A stretch of DNA of 64,000 nucleotides from Macrostomum lignano (taxonomy: Eukaryota). A model generated the notes under the pieces. It did not search any database. It was not told the DNA's origin and worked only from the letters and a program-made list of their open reading frames with translations. Where the stretch lies: NCBI GenBank assembly GCA_002269645.1, contig NIVC01001223.1, positions 97,186 to 161,185 of the forward strand. The letters run 5' to 3'. Both the position numbers and the translations under genes were made by a program. This document shows positions 25,601 through 47,750 of this stretch, one piece after another; the stretch's first letter is position 1, and each line of letters starts with the position of its first letter.

Positions 25601-26189
25601 AGCCATTTTCTTATCAGCAAACAATTTAATAATAATATGATGATTAGCTATAAATGAAAACCTCTAAACTATGATCTCATTGCCATTACCATTATGACAT
25701 GGTTGTGCATTGTGCACTCTTGGAATTCACTGTCCTTAACATTTTCATGCAAACAGACAGTTCAAAAGCACTCAGGTCCCAATACCTGACTCAGCACCCC
25801 TATCTAGCCTATCTATTCTCCATACTCATGAACATTATCATGTACTCAATGTACCAAAATCTGTTTCATCAGTCAATAAATAGGCACTGCCACATGCTTT
25901 TTTCACCTTAGTGAAACAAACTTACCAAGAAACAGGCATACAAACACAAGCTCATTGCTATACTATATACTACAAGCTATTTTTCTTTTAATCTATTTCA
26001 CAGATTCACACAACTCTTTATTCAAAGTCCACTTCTTGCAGGGCTTTTTATGAAATGTAAATGCCCATTTGAAAATAATCATCAGTACTCTGCTATATAT
26101 AATAAACGAGCTATGCTAGAAATTAGCTAAATTATTATTACCACAGGACGAAAATACAACAGTTTCGTAGCTTCAGAGTTGATAGAAAA

Positions 26190-29100
26190 TTAACCTTTCG
26201 GCTGACGTTTGTATATAACTAGTCGAGCATCTGACGAAATATTTTTCAGCAAAGACGTAGAAGTGCTTAGCTCTGTGGTCATTAGATCGTCCAGCAAGTA
26301 GCATATGTCACCTTTTGATGGAAATACATAAGCGACGTAATGACCTTCGTCGACTCGTTCTCCCAGGTGCACAATCACACTTTAGAGGCAATAGCGCTGA
26401 TTGTTATAGTCAATTTCTGGCGTTAAATCGAAGCCCACTCGGTTCTTGACAATAGTTGCCTGGCTTCTCAAGAGCCTGTTCACGACGAAGCACAGGAGAG
26501 GTGGCGCATTTTGAGGAGTTCTGCTATGAACGCAGCTACTTGTCTGACAGGCTGTGCATGTGATGTCATCAGACTCGTCCGGTCGTAGTGCCGCATTCAC
26601 AAGCTGAATCAGCTGCTGTCCTTCAACTGGTTGAACCACCACGAATGTTTCATGCAAACTTTCAGTAGTCGCGGCATTATTGCACCGGAGACATAGGGTG
26701 GACCCGCCGAGCTAAAATAATAAAGCCAAACAGCTGAGACGGAATTGAAAACATCGATTTAAAGTGCCTGTACTCTCTTACTGCCATCTATGCTGTACGT
26801 GTCCGATCCTGGATTCATATTTGTTTACATGTATTTGCCTCTTTTTACTACATTAGTTCCCTATGATATTGTCGTTTCAAATGGTTTCCGTTCAAAAAGT
26901 AAAGCAAGTTTCTGTACTCGTAAGTGCTTTTTGAAATTTAGAAACGAGAAGTATTACCTGAATTCTAAACTGGCGACGAATAGTCTGCAGCTTTTGAGAA
27001 ATGAGCACGAAAAATTCAAAGCAGTCGTTATATTCGTTGGTATTTATTTGACCAGCCGTACAGCATTCTTCCAATGCAGTGTTGTACAAATATTCGCTGA
27101 ATCCAGATCTGCTCGAAATGTTGGCCAAGAGTCGTATAAGAAAGGACGAATTCACGGCTGTTTCAGAAAAATTTCTCCCTGACAATGCCGCACCAACTGC
27201 GTGAAGACTGGCGTTGAACCAACAGAGTTTTCCATTACGATTGGGTAGGCCGAATGGACGATAGCCTGATGTCGATAGCGCCGAAGCTTCGACAGTAACA
27301 AAACTGGCGACATGATCAGAACAATCAACAAAAGCATGAGCGGCTGGCTCGTTTATCACTGTTGGCAGTGGCGGATCTAGGATTTTATTTAAGGTGGGCG
27401 GTCCAAGTTTGTGGCGCAACATGAGTATGAGGGGCGCCAATTTTTAAGCTAGGGGCGCAAAAAATGCGTGTAGGGGGCGAAAAATCAAGTTTAAAGGGCA
27501 CAAACTTAGGTTTTTTGGGGGGGGGGCAATATGTTTCATCCAGCTGTTTCGGGGGGGGGGGGGGCGCTCCCCCCCCCCCCCCCCCCCTAAATCCGCCCCT
27601 GACTGTTGGTATTCGTGGAAACTCACCATTGCTACGGTTAGCAGACTCACAAGTTATAGATTCATGTGCACGTTCATGACGCCAAAGCTTATTTTGTTCG
27701 ATGCGTTCCTCTCGAGAAAATCCTTTGCGTCGACGTCCCTTATTCGATCGAGAAGCTTTTAAGATTTTGCCGATTCCTACAGGCTTCTCGGCAACTCGGG
27801 GCAATCCAATTTTTCGTCTAACCGCTGCGATATGCGAACACGATTGAGCAGAGACACAAGAACACGAAGCAACGCCGTTGCTAAATGTCACAACATTATT
27901 TCGTCCGGCAACGTTAGTCACTATGAAGTTACCAAGAGTAGGGTTGAATGAAACTTTATGTTGCTCACTAAGCAAGCTGATCCGTGTCGACTGTTCGTTG
28001 TCGTCTAGATCGACATTAACTCGCACAGATTTGTGGCTAGATTCTCCAACGGGCTGGTGAACAGGAGTACCAGTAGCATCATTGGACAATGAAGGCCCCG
28101 TGCCACCTGACTCATTGCTGTTGCTATCATAGAAACTCATGTTGGGACGTATGACAGTCACTTTAATCGCACCAATTTCTCGAATTTCTCGAGTCGCTGA
28201 AGTCTGAGAGTGCCGGCGTTGAATGTTCGCAGCTATTTGTTCTAACGACAACGATGGAGAGAGTGTTACAGTTTCGGGCGACTGTTGTAGATGTTGGAAC
28301 TCCGGCTTTAGTGTAGTTTCCTTGGCCACACAAACCACGAAGAATTTCGTTCCTGTAGTATCGAGAAGTTTGGTAAAGTCCGACAATGCAGTCATCGATC
28401 GTTGCATCCTTGAAGTTAAGCACACGCTTGAGCATTGCGTTTATTGATTCTGATTGGTTCTGAGTTACACCGGTAACTGGGCAGTAGTGCGATTGTAGAA
28501 TCCACTTTGCAAAAAATTTAGGGATTAATGGGTGAATTTGATTGTCAAAATAAGCGGCAAAACTTGGATTCCAGTTTTTTTTGCAGCTTGCATACTGGGC
28601 ATTGTACTGCTCGATGCTGTCTGTTTCTAGCAGGGAGAGTAGATCTGCTGAAATCATGTCTTCATCAGCCGATGTTCCACCGTTCTTGCGAATCCAGAAC
28701 CGGACGTCCCGCTTCAGATGGTTCCAGCATCCCAAAAATCGGATATTGGGGAAGACAGAAGCCATCGAATTTCTCAGCCCAATTTCTCCATCCATAACGC
28801 ATGCCACATTAGTAGTTGCCAATGCAGGAAGCGAGGATTTCACTTCTTGCCACAAAAGTTTGTGGCGAGCCTCGAGCTTTCGATGGTGAATGAGAAAAAA
28901 GGCTGGGCAAACCGGATTGTTAATGAAAATTGGTAATCGAATTACAAGAGGTGAGACTAGTGCTCTTGTCATCTCAAATCCAGTATCATACGACAATAGC
29001 TGATTCCTATCGTCCAACAATAAAATGCGATTTAGCAAGTCCAGAAGCTCAGGACAGCCAGCTGGAATAGCTAAGTCAGGAAACGTCTGGATTGTACGAA

Positions 29101-31119
29101 TGAATCCTGGTAGTTCATTGGCAAGAATGTGAATGTTCATAATTTCGTCTTTTGAAAGCATATTTGGCATAGAGCTCTTAAGGTTCTCGACTTGCTTTAG
29201 ATTCCGAGGATTACGCACTGGGTTGCTGCTCTGACCTAGATAAAGTCGATATGCTTGCGAAGGAGCAAGGGTCGAAAGTTCGGCTCGAAGATTGCCGAGC
29301 ACCGATGGGCTAGTCCGCATAAAAGTTCCACAGTGCTTGCGGTTTCCGTGATACACCATGTTAGCAGGTGGTTGCACTGATGGATTTCCGATATAGTGGA
29401 TCAGTGTCTTGCTGAAATAAGAACATTAGAAGCAGTTAGTATATTAAACTGTCAAAAACAGGATGCTACACCCGATTTTATTCAACATTTTATAATTTAT
29501 ATTTACCTTGAATCTTTAGAGCCATTAGAATTGATTAATTGATACGCTTGTCTGATGAACAAGCGGGACATTTGTCCAGAGGTGTCTCTGGACAAATAGC
29601 GGTACTTATATAGAGTTGGACGTATTCTAAAAAGTTATTATTAATTTTGTCAAAAATTATAATTTGCTAGATTAAATTCGAAAGCGCAAGGTTTTATATT
29701 GTATATATGTAGCTGTAGCATTTTATAAAAAAAACATAATATTGTTCTTAAAGAACATACCAGAAACAACTTGTTTGGTGTTATAAGCATATCTTATGGC
29801 TATGTCAATGTGTTAATGGATTTATGCATATTTCAATAAGTTGATTCTAAAAATAATTTTTATATATTATTTTTGGAGACAAAATGCCAATTATTTTAAC
29901 AAAACTTTTATACTTTTGGATGGAAAAAACGTTTTGTATGAATTTATATGAGGAATTTGTTTATAAATTATATTCTTATTTTATTTAAATTAGTTCATGT
30001 ACTACACTAAAGCCTATAACCTATATTATCTAAAATAATTTTGACTTTGCTAATAATCTAGCCCCACTCTAATACAAGCTTATTTGCATAAAAACATTCA
30101 GAACAGTCAAAATCAATAGCTTTAATTGTGGCAGCAAGAATGTACACAACTGGCAACACCAATGCAGCCACACTGGAAACCACCCAACCTTATCTAGCTG
30201 GGGTGGGGTGGTGCATACCAAGCTAGTCGGCTTGCTAAGTCGGGGCAGGAGGGGGTTGGCAAAGCCTATCATGCCACACCACCTTTTTGTACCTCCCTAG
30301 GCCCCTCAATCTTGTGCTTTTAGTAATTTTACAAATATACATACAGAGAAGCACAAACTCTTCACTGCCATTTTATCTATTGAAATAAAAAGACCTTTTG
30401 TCTCCAGCTATTGTATACCAACATCATGCACAGGCCTTAACAATTAATCTTATTATCATTTACAAGAGACTATTTTGTAGGAGCTAAAATTAGTTTTATA
30501 ACTTATCAAAGCCTATATTAACACAATCAATTTTAAGACTTTTAATGAAGTATTTATGGGTTAACCAATATTAATATTAAAAAGAAAGATTGTGTCAATA
30601 TTTAAAATATTTATTCAAAAAAGAAAATATAATGCAATGCTAGTAATAAGACATTTACTAATAAAAAATCTGAAAATATCCAGTTTTATTGACATTAAGC
30701 AGCAAGAAATAATGTTTCTATGATCTATCTAGATCATTGGAAGCAGAACCTTGTCACAGGTATACAGAATTTACCTATTTACTAAAATTCTACATTTAAT
30801 TTTACATTACATTTTATATTTAATATATAAGATACAGCAAACAAATGCTGTATAACCTAATAGAAACTGTTTCAGTACCATTTGAAATAGTGCTTTTAGA
30901 CCTATTGTGTCTGGATGATCAGAATTTTTACCTCGGCAGTCGGTCTCGTCCTCCGTCTTTCCATAAATAGCCATCCGCCTTCCAGTCATCTGACTCGGAC
31001 GTCGATTTAGGTTTATACAGATAAAGGGACTCTGTGGGTCTATATACAGGTGAGTCGATAACACAGGCTTGGGAGGAGTGCTCTTTTAATAGCTTTAAAG
31101 CAATAGCTGTCGATAGCAT
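26190..31119 (-). pseudogene. Disrupted MULE transposase-SWIM-USP (peptidase C19) fusion gene, ~1,013 aa when repaired
   Basis: Exons 31119-30932, 29626-29507, 29411-26958, 26711-26190, all GT-AG with matching phases. DDE motifs SYDTGF, CVMDGE, CWNH, NQSESIN; SWIM CSC..SCSH; USP Cys box GLPNRNGKLCWFNASL, NDCFEFF, CLRC/CTAC pairs, His box VIVHLGERVDEGHYVAYV, YLLDD, LVIYKR. Lesions: frameshift ~28311, MITE at 27366-27601, TAA at 26382-26384. Confidence 0.9.
27366..27601. mobile_element. hAT-type MITE (236 bp) nested in the MULE coding sequence
   Basis: TIRs CAGTGGCGGATCTAG / CTAAATCCGCCCCTG; perfect 8-bp TSD ACTGTTGG at 27358-27365 and 27602-27609. Excision restores the frame (RIPTVINEPAAH). 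Confidence 0.93.
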
Positions 31120-31628
31120 TTAAAACTTTATTAAGAATAATTCATTTCTTGCAATAAAATAAAAATTAAGCTGCTTGACACGCAAGTTGCTGGCATGCAC
31201 GTGCAGCCCCCATACGATAAATTTAAATGATGGTAAGTATCAATGTTCGCTCTGATTAAAAATGTATATATATATATAAAATTATTAAAATAGTTATTAT
31301 TTTACACTAACATCAATCAGTTTTCTCAGCAATCAAACACTGCATTGACAAAAACGTTATAATGTGTAGCGCTGCTGGGGCGGTGCGGGGCGTGTTTTAG
31401 GGAGACCCTTGGCCGAATTTTTCGTGACCGAGCCGGCCGATCGTACACGAGCAAGCGAGAGTAAATTAAATACGAAAAAAAGATTGACACCAATTGTGTA
31501 CTATTTTTAAGTAGCAAAATATATCTAATTTAGAGTCTATCAAATAACAAACGTATCTTATAAATTTACTAGTACTACAATTCAAAAGACGTACAGAGAA
31601 GTTACATTCCGTTTTTCAAGCTTTCTAA

Positions 31629-40888
<9,260 letters not shown>

Positions 40889-41042
40889 ATTATTTTTTTG
40901 TTGCTAGCTGGCAACTGTGTTCCAGTTAATGACGGTTGGCTTGAAAATAGATTAATTTGTTTATTATATTAAATTTTGTATTAGCTAATTCTCTTTTGTT
41001 TATGGTTGTTAGCTAGCATCTCTGCCATTGCGTGGGTAGATT

Positions 41043-41400
41043 GTTTGATAGATACAAATATAGATGGTTGATAGATACAAATATAGATGGTTGATAGATA
41101 CAAATATAGATGGTTGATAGATACAAATATAGATGGTTGATTGATAGATACAAATATAGATGGTTGATAGATACAAATATAGATGGTTGATAGATACAAA
41201 TATAGATGGTTGATAGATACAAATATAGATGGTTGATAGATACAAATATAGATGGTTGATAGATACAAATATAGATGGTTGATAGATACAAATATAGATG
41301 GTTGATAGATACAAATATAGATGGTTGATAGATACAAATTTAGATGGTTGATAGATACAAATATAGATGGTTGATTGATTGATCGATAAAAATATGGATG
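41043..41400. repeat. 23-bp minisatellite (GATAGATACAAATATAGATGGTT)
   Basis: About 15 copies. Confidence 0.95.
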
Positions 41401-41834
41401 GGTTGATACATGGATGATTATGCAAACAGACCGCAATTACAAGCTAAGAAAATATTACTATTGATGTATTTCACACAACCTGTCAATGTGTGTCTGTGTT
41501 TAAGTAATTTTCTTCTCTACAAAGCCTCAGTGATATTTTTTCTGCTTTTTTATTCCTACATATTTCAATAGAATCACCTATCGCTTGCTGTCAATATAGA
41601 ACAGGCCCACCATATATAGACCACTATTGTCCATGAAGCATTGAAATAAATTATCTATATAGTCAGGAAATCGTTTGTTCTTTGATCATTACTTAACTGT
41701 TCGTATTACCATTTTTTCTTTAAATTTTTACTTCTGTTAGACTTCTCTGTAAACTAAGGGTTACAGTGGAGATGTTACCTATCCCATGTAGACAATCCGG
41801 TCCCTCATTCTATGGTAGTCCTCATCCTATGGCT

Positions 41835-42620
41835 ATGATGGTCCTTCTCATCCTATGATGGTCCTTCTCATCCTATGATGGTCCTTCTCATCCTATGGTG
41901 GTCCTTCTCATCCTATGGTGGTCCTTCCATCCTATGATGGTCCTTCCATCCTATGGTGGTCCTTCCATCCTATGATGGTCCTTCTCATCCTATGGTGTTT
42001 CTTCTCATCCTATGGTGTTTCTTCTCATCCTATGGTGGTCCTTCTCATCCTATGGTGGTCCTTCTCATCCTATGGTGGTCCTTCTCATCCTATGATGGTC
42101 CTTCTGATTCTATGGTGGTCCTTCTCATCCTATGGTGGTCCTTCCATCCTATGATGGTCCTTCTCATCCTATGGTGTTTCTTCTCATCCTATGGTGGTCC
42201 TTCTCATCCTATGGTGTTTCTTCTCATCCTATGGTGGTCCTTCCATCCTATGATGGTCCTTCCATCCTATGATGGTCCTTCTCGTCCTATGGTGGTCCTT
42301 CTCATCCTATGGTGTTTCTTCTCATCCTATGATGGTCCTTCTCATCCTATGGTGTTTCTTCTCATCCTATGGTGGTCCTTCCATCCTATGATGGTCCTTC
42401 TCATCCTATGATGGTCCTTCTCATCCTATGGTGTTTCTTCTCATCCTATGGTGGTCCTTCCATCCTATGATGGTCCTTCCATCCTATGGTGTTTCTTCTC
42501 ATCCTATGGTGGTCCTTCTCATCCTATGGTGGTCCTTCCATCCTATGGTGGTCCTCATCTTATGGCGGTCCTTCTTATCCTATTGTGGTCCTTCTCATTC
42601 TATGGTGGTCCATCTCATCT
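41835..42620. repeat. 19-20-bp minisatellite (TTCTCATCCTATGGTGGTCC)
   Basis: About 40 variant copies. Confidence 0.95.
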
Positions 42621-42753
42621 AATCTTGGTCTCTCATCTTGTGATGGTCTTTACTATTTTGTGATGGTAGTTCTCATCGTCCAGTTAGAGTCCTCATCCTG
42701 ATGTACAGGCTGCTCTTAGCCCTTCGCACCACCTGTTAATAATTCTAGCAGCC

Positions 42754-45143
42754 ATGGACAGCAGCGGATCGGCCATGGAAGCCAGCTTCATCAAATCCCA
42801 GGTGTGCGGCTGGCCCGAGCCGCGCCAGCTCGAACTGATCGTGGGCGAGCTGACCGGCACAGACCAGCCGGGCGAGCTCTGCCTGGCCCGGCTGTCCGGC
42901 CTGGCCGGTCCAGTCGGCGGCCTGCTGCGGATTCAATTGGACAGCGGCGAATGCGATGAAATCGGCGATGATGTTGGCGAGGCCGACTTGGCCGATCGGT
43001 TGCGCCGGTTCTGCCGATCCCGACGCGACCTTCGCCTGCTGCCGATCCTGTGCTGGCGGGACCGGCTGCCGGCTTTGGAGAGGGCGCTGGCCCGCCTGCT
43101 GGGCGGCCGGTCCGGCCCGTGGACTCCGGCTGAGGTGAGCAAGCGGCATCAGCTCCGGCGCATCCTGCCGATTGAACCGGTGGCCACTGAGCTGTGCATC
43201 CGGTTCTGCAAGCAGCCGAAGCAGTCGGCCGCCTCAGTGGCTATGACCAACCGCCTGCTAGCTGATTTAAAGCACTGCATTGGCCAGGATCCGAATTTCT
43301 CTCATTTGGCTCTGACTGGCCGGCTGAAGAACTGTAAATTGCATCAAGGCGACTGCGCCTATTATAGATGTCAGGTGAGATAAATACCTGTCACTGCACT
43401 CTACAAATGCTGAGTTGCCCTCCCATGGTTACTGAGAATAACTTCTGATAGTACCCTAATCCCTACTGATAGTCGCCCCCTAATTCCTGACAATTTGAGA
43501 ATCTTCCCCTAAAGTCTACTGAGAATCGCCCCCCTAATCCCTACTGAGATCCTACTGAGAATCGCCCCCTAATCCCTACTGAGATCCTACTGAGAATCGC
43601 CCCCTAATCCCTACTGAGATCCTACTGAGAATCGCCCCCTAATCCCTACTGAGAATCGCCCCCTAATCTCTACTGAGAATCGTCCCCTAATCCCTACTGA
43701 GAATCGCCCCTAATCCCTACTGAGAATCGTCCCCTAATCCCTACTGAGAATCGTCCCCTAATCCCTACTGAGAATCGCCCCTAATCCCTACTGAGAATCG
43801 CCCCTAATCCCTACTGAGAATCGTCCCCTAATCCCTACTGAGAATCGTCCCCTAATCCCTACTGAGAATCGTCCCCTAATCCCTACTGAGAATCGCCCCT
43901 AATCCCTACTAAGAATCGTCCCCTAATCCCTACTGAGAATCGCCCCTAATCCCTACTAAGAATCGTCCCCTAATCCCTACTGAGAATCGCCCCTAATCCC
44001 TACTGAGAATCGCCCAATAATACCTACAGAGAATCGCGCCTAATCCCTACTGAGAATCGTCCCCTAATCCCTACTGAGAATCGCCCCTAATCCCTACTGA
44101 GAATCGCCCCTAATCCCTACTGAGAATCGCCCAATAATACCTACAGAGAATCGCGCCTAATCCCTACTGAGAATCGTCCCCTAATCCCTACTGAGAATCG
44201 CCCCTAATCCCTACTGAGAATCGTCCCCTAATCCCTACTGAGAATCGCCCCTAATCCCTACTGAGAATCGTCCCCTAATCCCTACTGAGAATCGCCCCTA
44301 ATCCCTACTGAGAATCGCCCCTAATCCCTACTGAGAATCGCCCCTAATCCCTACTGAGAATCGCCCCTAATCCCTACTGAGAATCGTCCCCTAATCCCTA
44401 CTGAGAATCGCCCCTAATCCCTACTGAGAATCGCCCCTAATCCCTACTGAGAATCGTCCCCTAATCCCTACTGAGAATCGCCCCTAATCCCTACTGAGAA
44501 TCGCCCCTAATCCCTACTGAGAATCGTCCCCTAATCCCTACTGAGAATCGCCCCTAATCCCTACTGAGAATCGCCCCTAATCCCTACTGAGAATCGCCCA
44601 ATAATACCTACAGAGAATCGCGCCTCCTCTCACTGTTATCGTACTGGCCATTCGTGCTACTACCAGTAGTGAATGCATTTATTCCTTTACACAATCCTCT
44701 CGCAGCTGATGGCCAGCGCCATATTTGATGCATTCCGTGATGTCGTCCCGCCGCCGCCGCCGCCCAACTGCGCCACCGCTGCCGCCGTAGCAGCGGACTC
44801 CAACAGTAGAGCGGTCGCGAGTTCGAATCCTGTCGTTTCTAACAGCGAGAACGACAGCTCGGAGACCGAAGCTGAATCAGTTTGCACGCCGTTCCCCCGT
44901 CCGGAGGAGATGCCAGCTCCAGACCTGCTTCTCATGGCCGGTTTCTGTCTCGACGCCGACTCTGACGGCCCGCCGCTGATGCCGCCGCCGGCGCTTCAGC
45001 AGCAGCCAAAGTCTCGCGTTCCGCCAATCGTAGACGTCAGTTCTCTCGGGTCTGCACTCGTCGCCTGTCGGGATATTCGACTGGGCGATCCGAATTTTGT
45101 TAATGACGACACGCCTGACAGGCCCTATGTGCTTAATGACTGA
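42754..45143 (+). CDS. Two-exon protein of unknown function (~352 aa)
   Basis: Exon 42754-43374 (donor CAG|GTGAGA, phase 0) and exon 44706-45143 (acceptor ctcgcAG). GC-rich, open in frame, acceptor-like AG just before the ATG. No family recognised. Confidence 0.7.
43500..44625. repeat. 23-24-bp minisatellite (ATCCCTACTGAGAATCGCCCCTA) in the intron of the unknown gene
   Basis: About 48 copies. Confidence 0.95.
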
Positions 45144-45204
45144 TAGATGTTGGCTCGCGTTCAGTGCCTGACCAGATAGCCCAGTGGATTCGGAGTTTAT
45201 TTAA

Positions 45205-46606
45205 GAATCGCCCCTTCTGCCCCCTCTAGAATTCCCCCTTCTGCTCCCTCTAGAATTCCCCCTTCTGCTCCCTCTAGAATCGCCCCTTCTGCCCCTTGTA
45301 GAACTCCCCCTTCTGCCCCCTCTAGAATTCCCCCTTCTGCCCCCTCTAGAATTCCCCCTTCTGCCCCTTCTAGAATTCCCCCTTCTATCCCCTCTAAAAT
45401 CGCCCCTTCTGCCCCTCTAGAATTCCCCCTTCTGCCCCCTCTAGAATTCCCCCTTCTGCCCCTTCTAGAATTCCCCCTTCTATCCCCTCTAGAATCGCCC
45501 CTTCTGCCCCTCTAGAATTCCCCCTTCTGCCCCCTCTAGAATTCCCCCTTCTGCCCCTTCTAGAATTCCCCCTTCTATCCCCTCTAAAATCGCCCCTTCT
45601 GCCCCTCTAGAATTCCCCCTTCTGCCCCCTCTAGAATTCCCCCTTCTGCCCCTTCTAGAATTCCCCCTTCTATCCCCTCTAAAATCGCCCCTTCTGCCCC
45701 TCTAGAATTCCCCCTTCTGCCCCCTCTAGAATTCCCCCTTCTGCCCCTTCTAGAATTCCCCCTTCTGCCTCCTCTAGAATTCCCCCTTCTGCCCCTTCTA
45801 GAATTCCCCCTTCTATCCCCTCTAGAATCGGCCCTTCTGCCCCTCTAGAATCGCCCCTTCTACCCCCTCTAAAATTCCCCCTTCTATCCCCTCTAGAATT
45901 CCCCCTTCTATCCCCTCTAGAATTCCCCCTTCTATCCCCTCTAGAATCGCCCCTTCTGCCCCTTTAGAATTTTTACCTTCTATCCCCTCTAGAATCGGCC
46001 CTTCTGCTCCCTCTAGAATCGCCCCTTCTGCCCCTTGTAGAACTCCCCCTTCTGCCCCCTCTAGAATTCCCCCTTCTGCCCCCTCTAGAATTCCCCCTTC
46101 TGCCCCTTCTAGAATTCCCCCTTCTATCCCCTCTAGAATCGGCCCTTCTGCCCCTCTAGAATCGCCCCTTCTACCCCCTCTAAAATTCCCCCTTCTATCC
46201 CCTCTAGAATTCCCCCTTCTATCCCCTCTAGAATTCCCCCTTCTATCCCCTCTAGAATCGCCCCTTCTGCCCCTTTAGAATTTTTACCTTCTATCCCCTC
46301 TAGAATCGGCCCTTCTGCTCCCTCTAGAATCGCCCCTTCTGCCCCTTGTAGAACTCCCCCTTCTGCCCCCTCTAGAATTCCCCCTTCTGCCCCCTCTAGA
46401 ATTCCCCCTTCTGCCCCTTCTAGAATTTCCCCTTCTATCCCCTCTAGAATCGGCCCTTCTGCCCCCTCTAGAATTCCCCCTTCTATCCCCTCTAGAATTC
46501 CCCCTTCTATCCCCTCTAGAATCGCCCCTTCTGCCCCTTTAGAATTTTCCCTTCTATCCCCTCTAGAATCGGCCCTTCTGCCCCTCTAGAATCGCCCCTT
46601 CTGCCC
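45205..46606. repeat. 23-24-bp pyrimidine-rich minisatellite (GAATTCCCCCTTCTGCCCCCTCTA)
   Basis: About 58 variant copies with repeated multi-unit blocks. Confidence 0.95.
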
Positions 46607-47750
46607 CTGTGTCACTCTCCCTCCCTGTGTCACTCTCCCTCCCTGTGTCACTCTCTCCCTCCCTGTGTCACTCTCCCTCCCTGTGTCACTCTCCCTCCTT
46701 GTGTCACACCAGCTCCCTGTGTCACTCTCCCTCCCTGTGTCACTCCAGCTCCCTGTGTCACTCTCTCCTTCCATGTGTCACTCTCCCTCCCTGTGTCACT
46801 CTCCCTCCCTGTGTCACTCTCCCTCCCTGTGTCACTCTCCCTCCTTGTGTCACACCAGCTCCCTGTGTCACTCTCCCTCCCTGTGTCACTCTCCCTCCCT
46901 GTGTCACTCTCTCCCTCCCTGTGTCACTCTCCCTCCCTGTGTCACTCTCCCTCCCTGTGTCACTCTCCCTCCCTGTGTCACACCAGCTCCCTGTGTCACT
47001 CTCCCTCCCTGTGTCACTCCAGCTCCCTGTGTCACTCTCTCCTTCCATGTGTCACTCTCCCTCCCTGTGTCACTCTCCCTCCCTGTGTCACTCTCCTTCC
47101 CTGTGTCACTCTCTCCCTCCCTGTGTCACTCTCCCTCCCTGTGTCACACCAGCTCCCTGTGTCACTCTCCCTCCCTGTGTCACTCTCCCTCCCTGTGTCA
47201 CTCTCCCTCCTTGTGTCACACCAGCTCCCTGTGTCACTCTCCCTCCCTGTGTCACTCTCCCTCCCTGTGTCACTCTCCCTCCCTGTGTCACTCTCCCTCC
47301 CTGTGTCACTCTCCCTCCCTGTGTCACTCTCTCCCTCCTTGTGTCACACCAGCTCCCTGTGTCACTCTCCCTCCCTGTGTCACTCTCCCTCCCTGTGTCA
47401 CTCTCTCCCTTCATGTGTCGCTCTCTCCCTCCCTGTCACTAGCTCCCTCCCTGGGTTACTCTAGTTCCTTCCCTGTGTCACTCCAGCTCCCTCCATGTGT
47501 CACTTTCTCCTTCCCTGTGTCACTCCAGCTCCCTCCATGTGTCACTTTCTCCTTCCCTGTGTCACTTTAGCTCCCTCCATGTGTCACTTTCTCCTTCCCT
47601 GTGTCACTCCAGCTCCCTCCATGTGTCACTTTCTCCTTCCCTGTGTCACTCCAGCTCCCTCCATGTGTCACTTTCTCCTTCCCTGTGTCACTTTAGCTCC
47701 CTCCATGTGTCACTTTCTCCTTCCCTGTGTCACTCCAGCTCCCTCCATGT
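46607..47750. repeat. 18-20-bp minisatellite (CTGTGTCACTCTCCCTCC) ending in a 42-bp dimeric variant
   Basis: Tandem array; 42-bp period from ~47471. Confidence 0.95.

Larger units (their letters stand above)
24051..31408 (-). mobile_element. Full-length Mutator-like (MULE) DNA transposon, 7,358 bp
   Basis: 53-bp TIRs (GGGTCTCCCTAAAACACGCCCCGCACCGCCCCAGCAGCGCTACAC-R-TTATAAC; one mismatch) at 24051-24103 and 31356-31408; perfect 9-bp TSD TTGGCCGAA at 24042-24050 and 31409-31417; internal MULE transposase. Confidence 0.95.

Noticed and set aside
43500-44625. CCCTAA motif in each 23-24-bp unit as interstitial telomeric DNA
   Set aside because: One hexamer per unit and no tandem TTAGGG runs.
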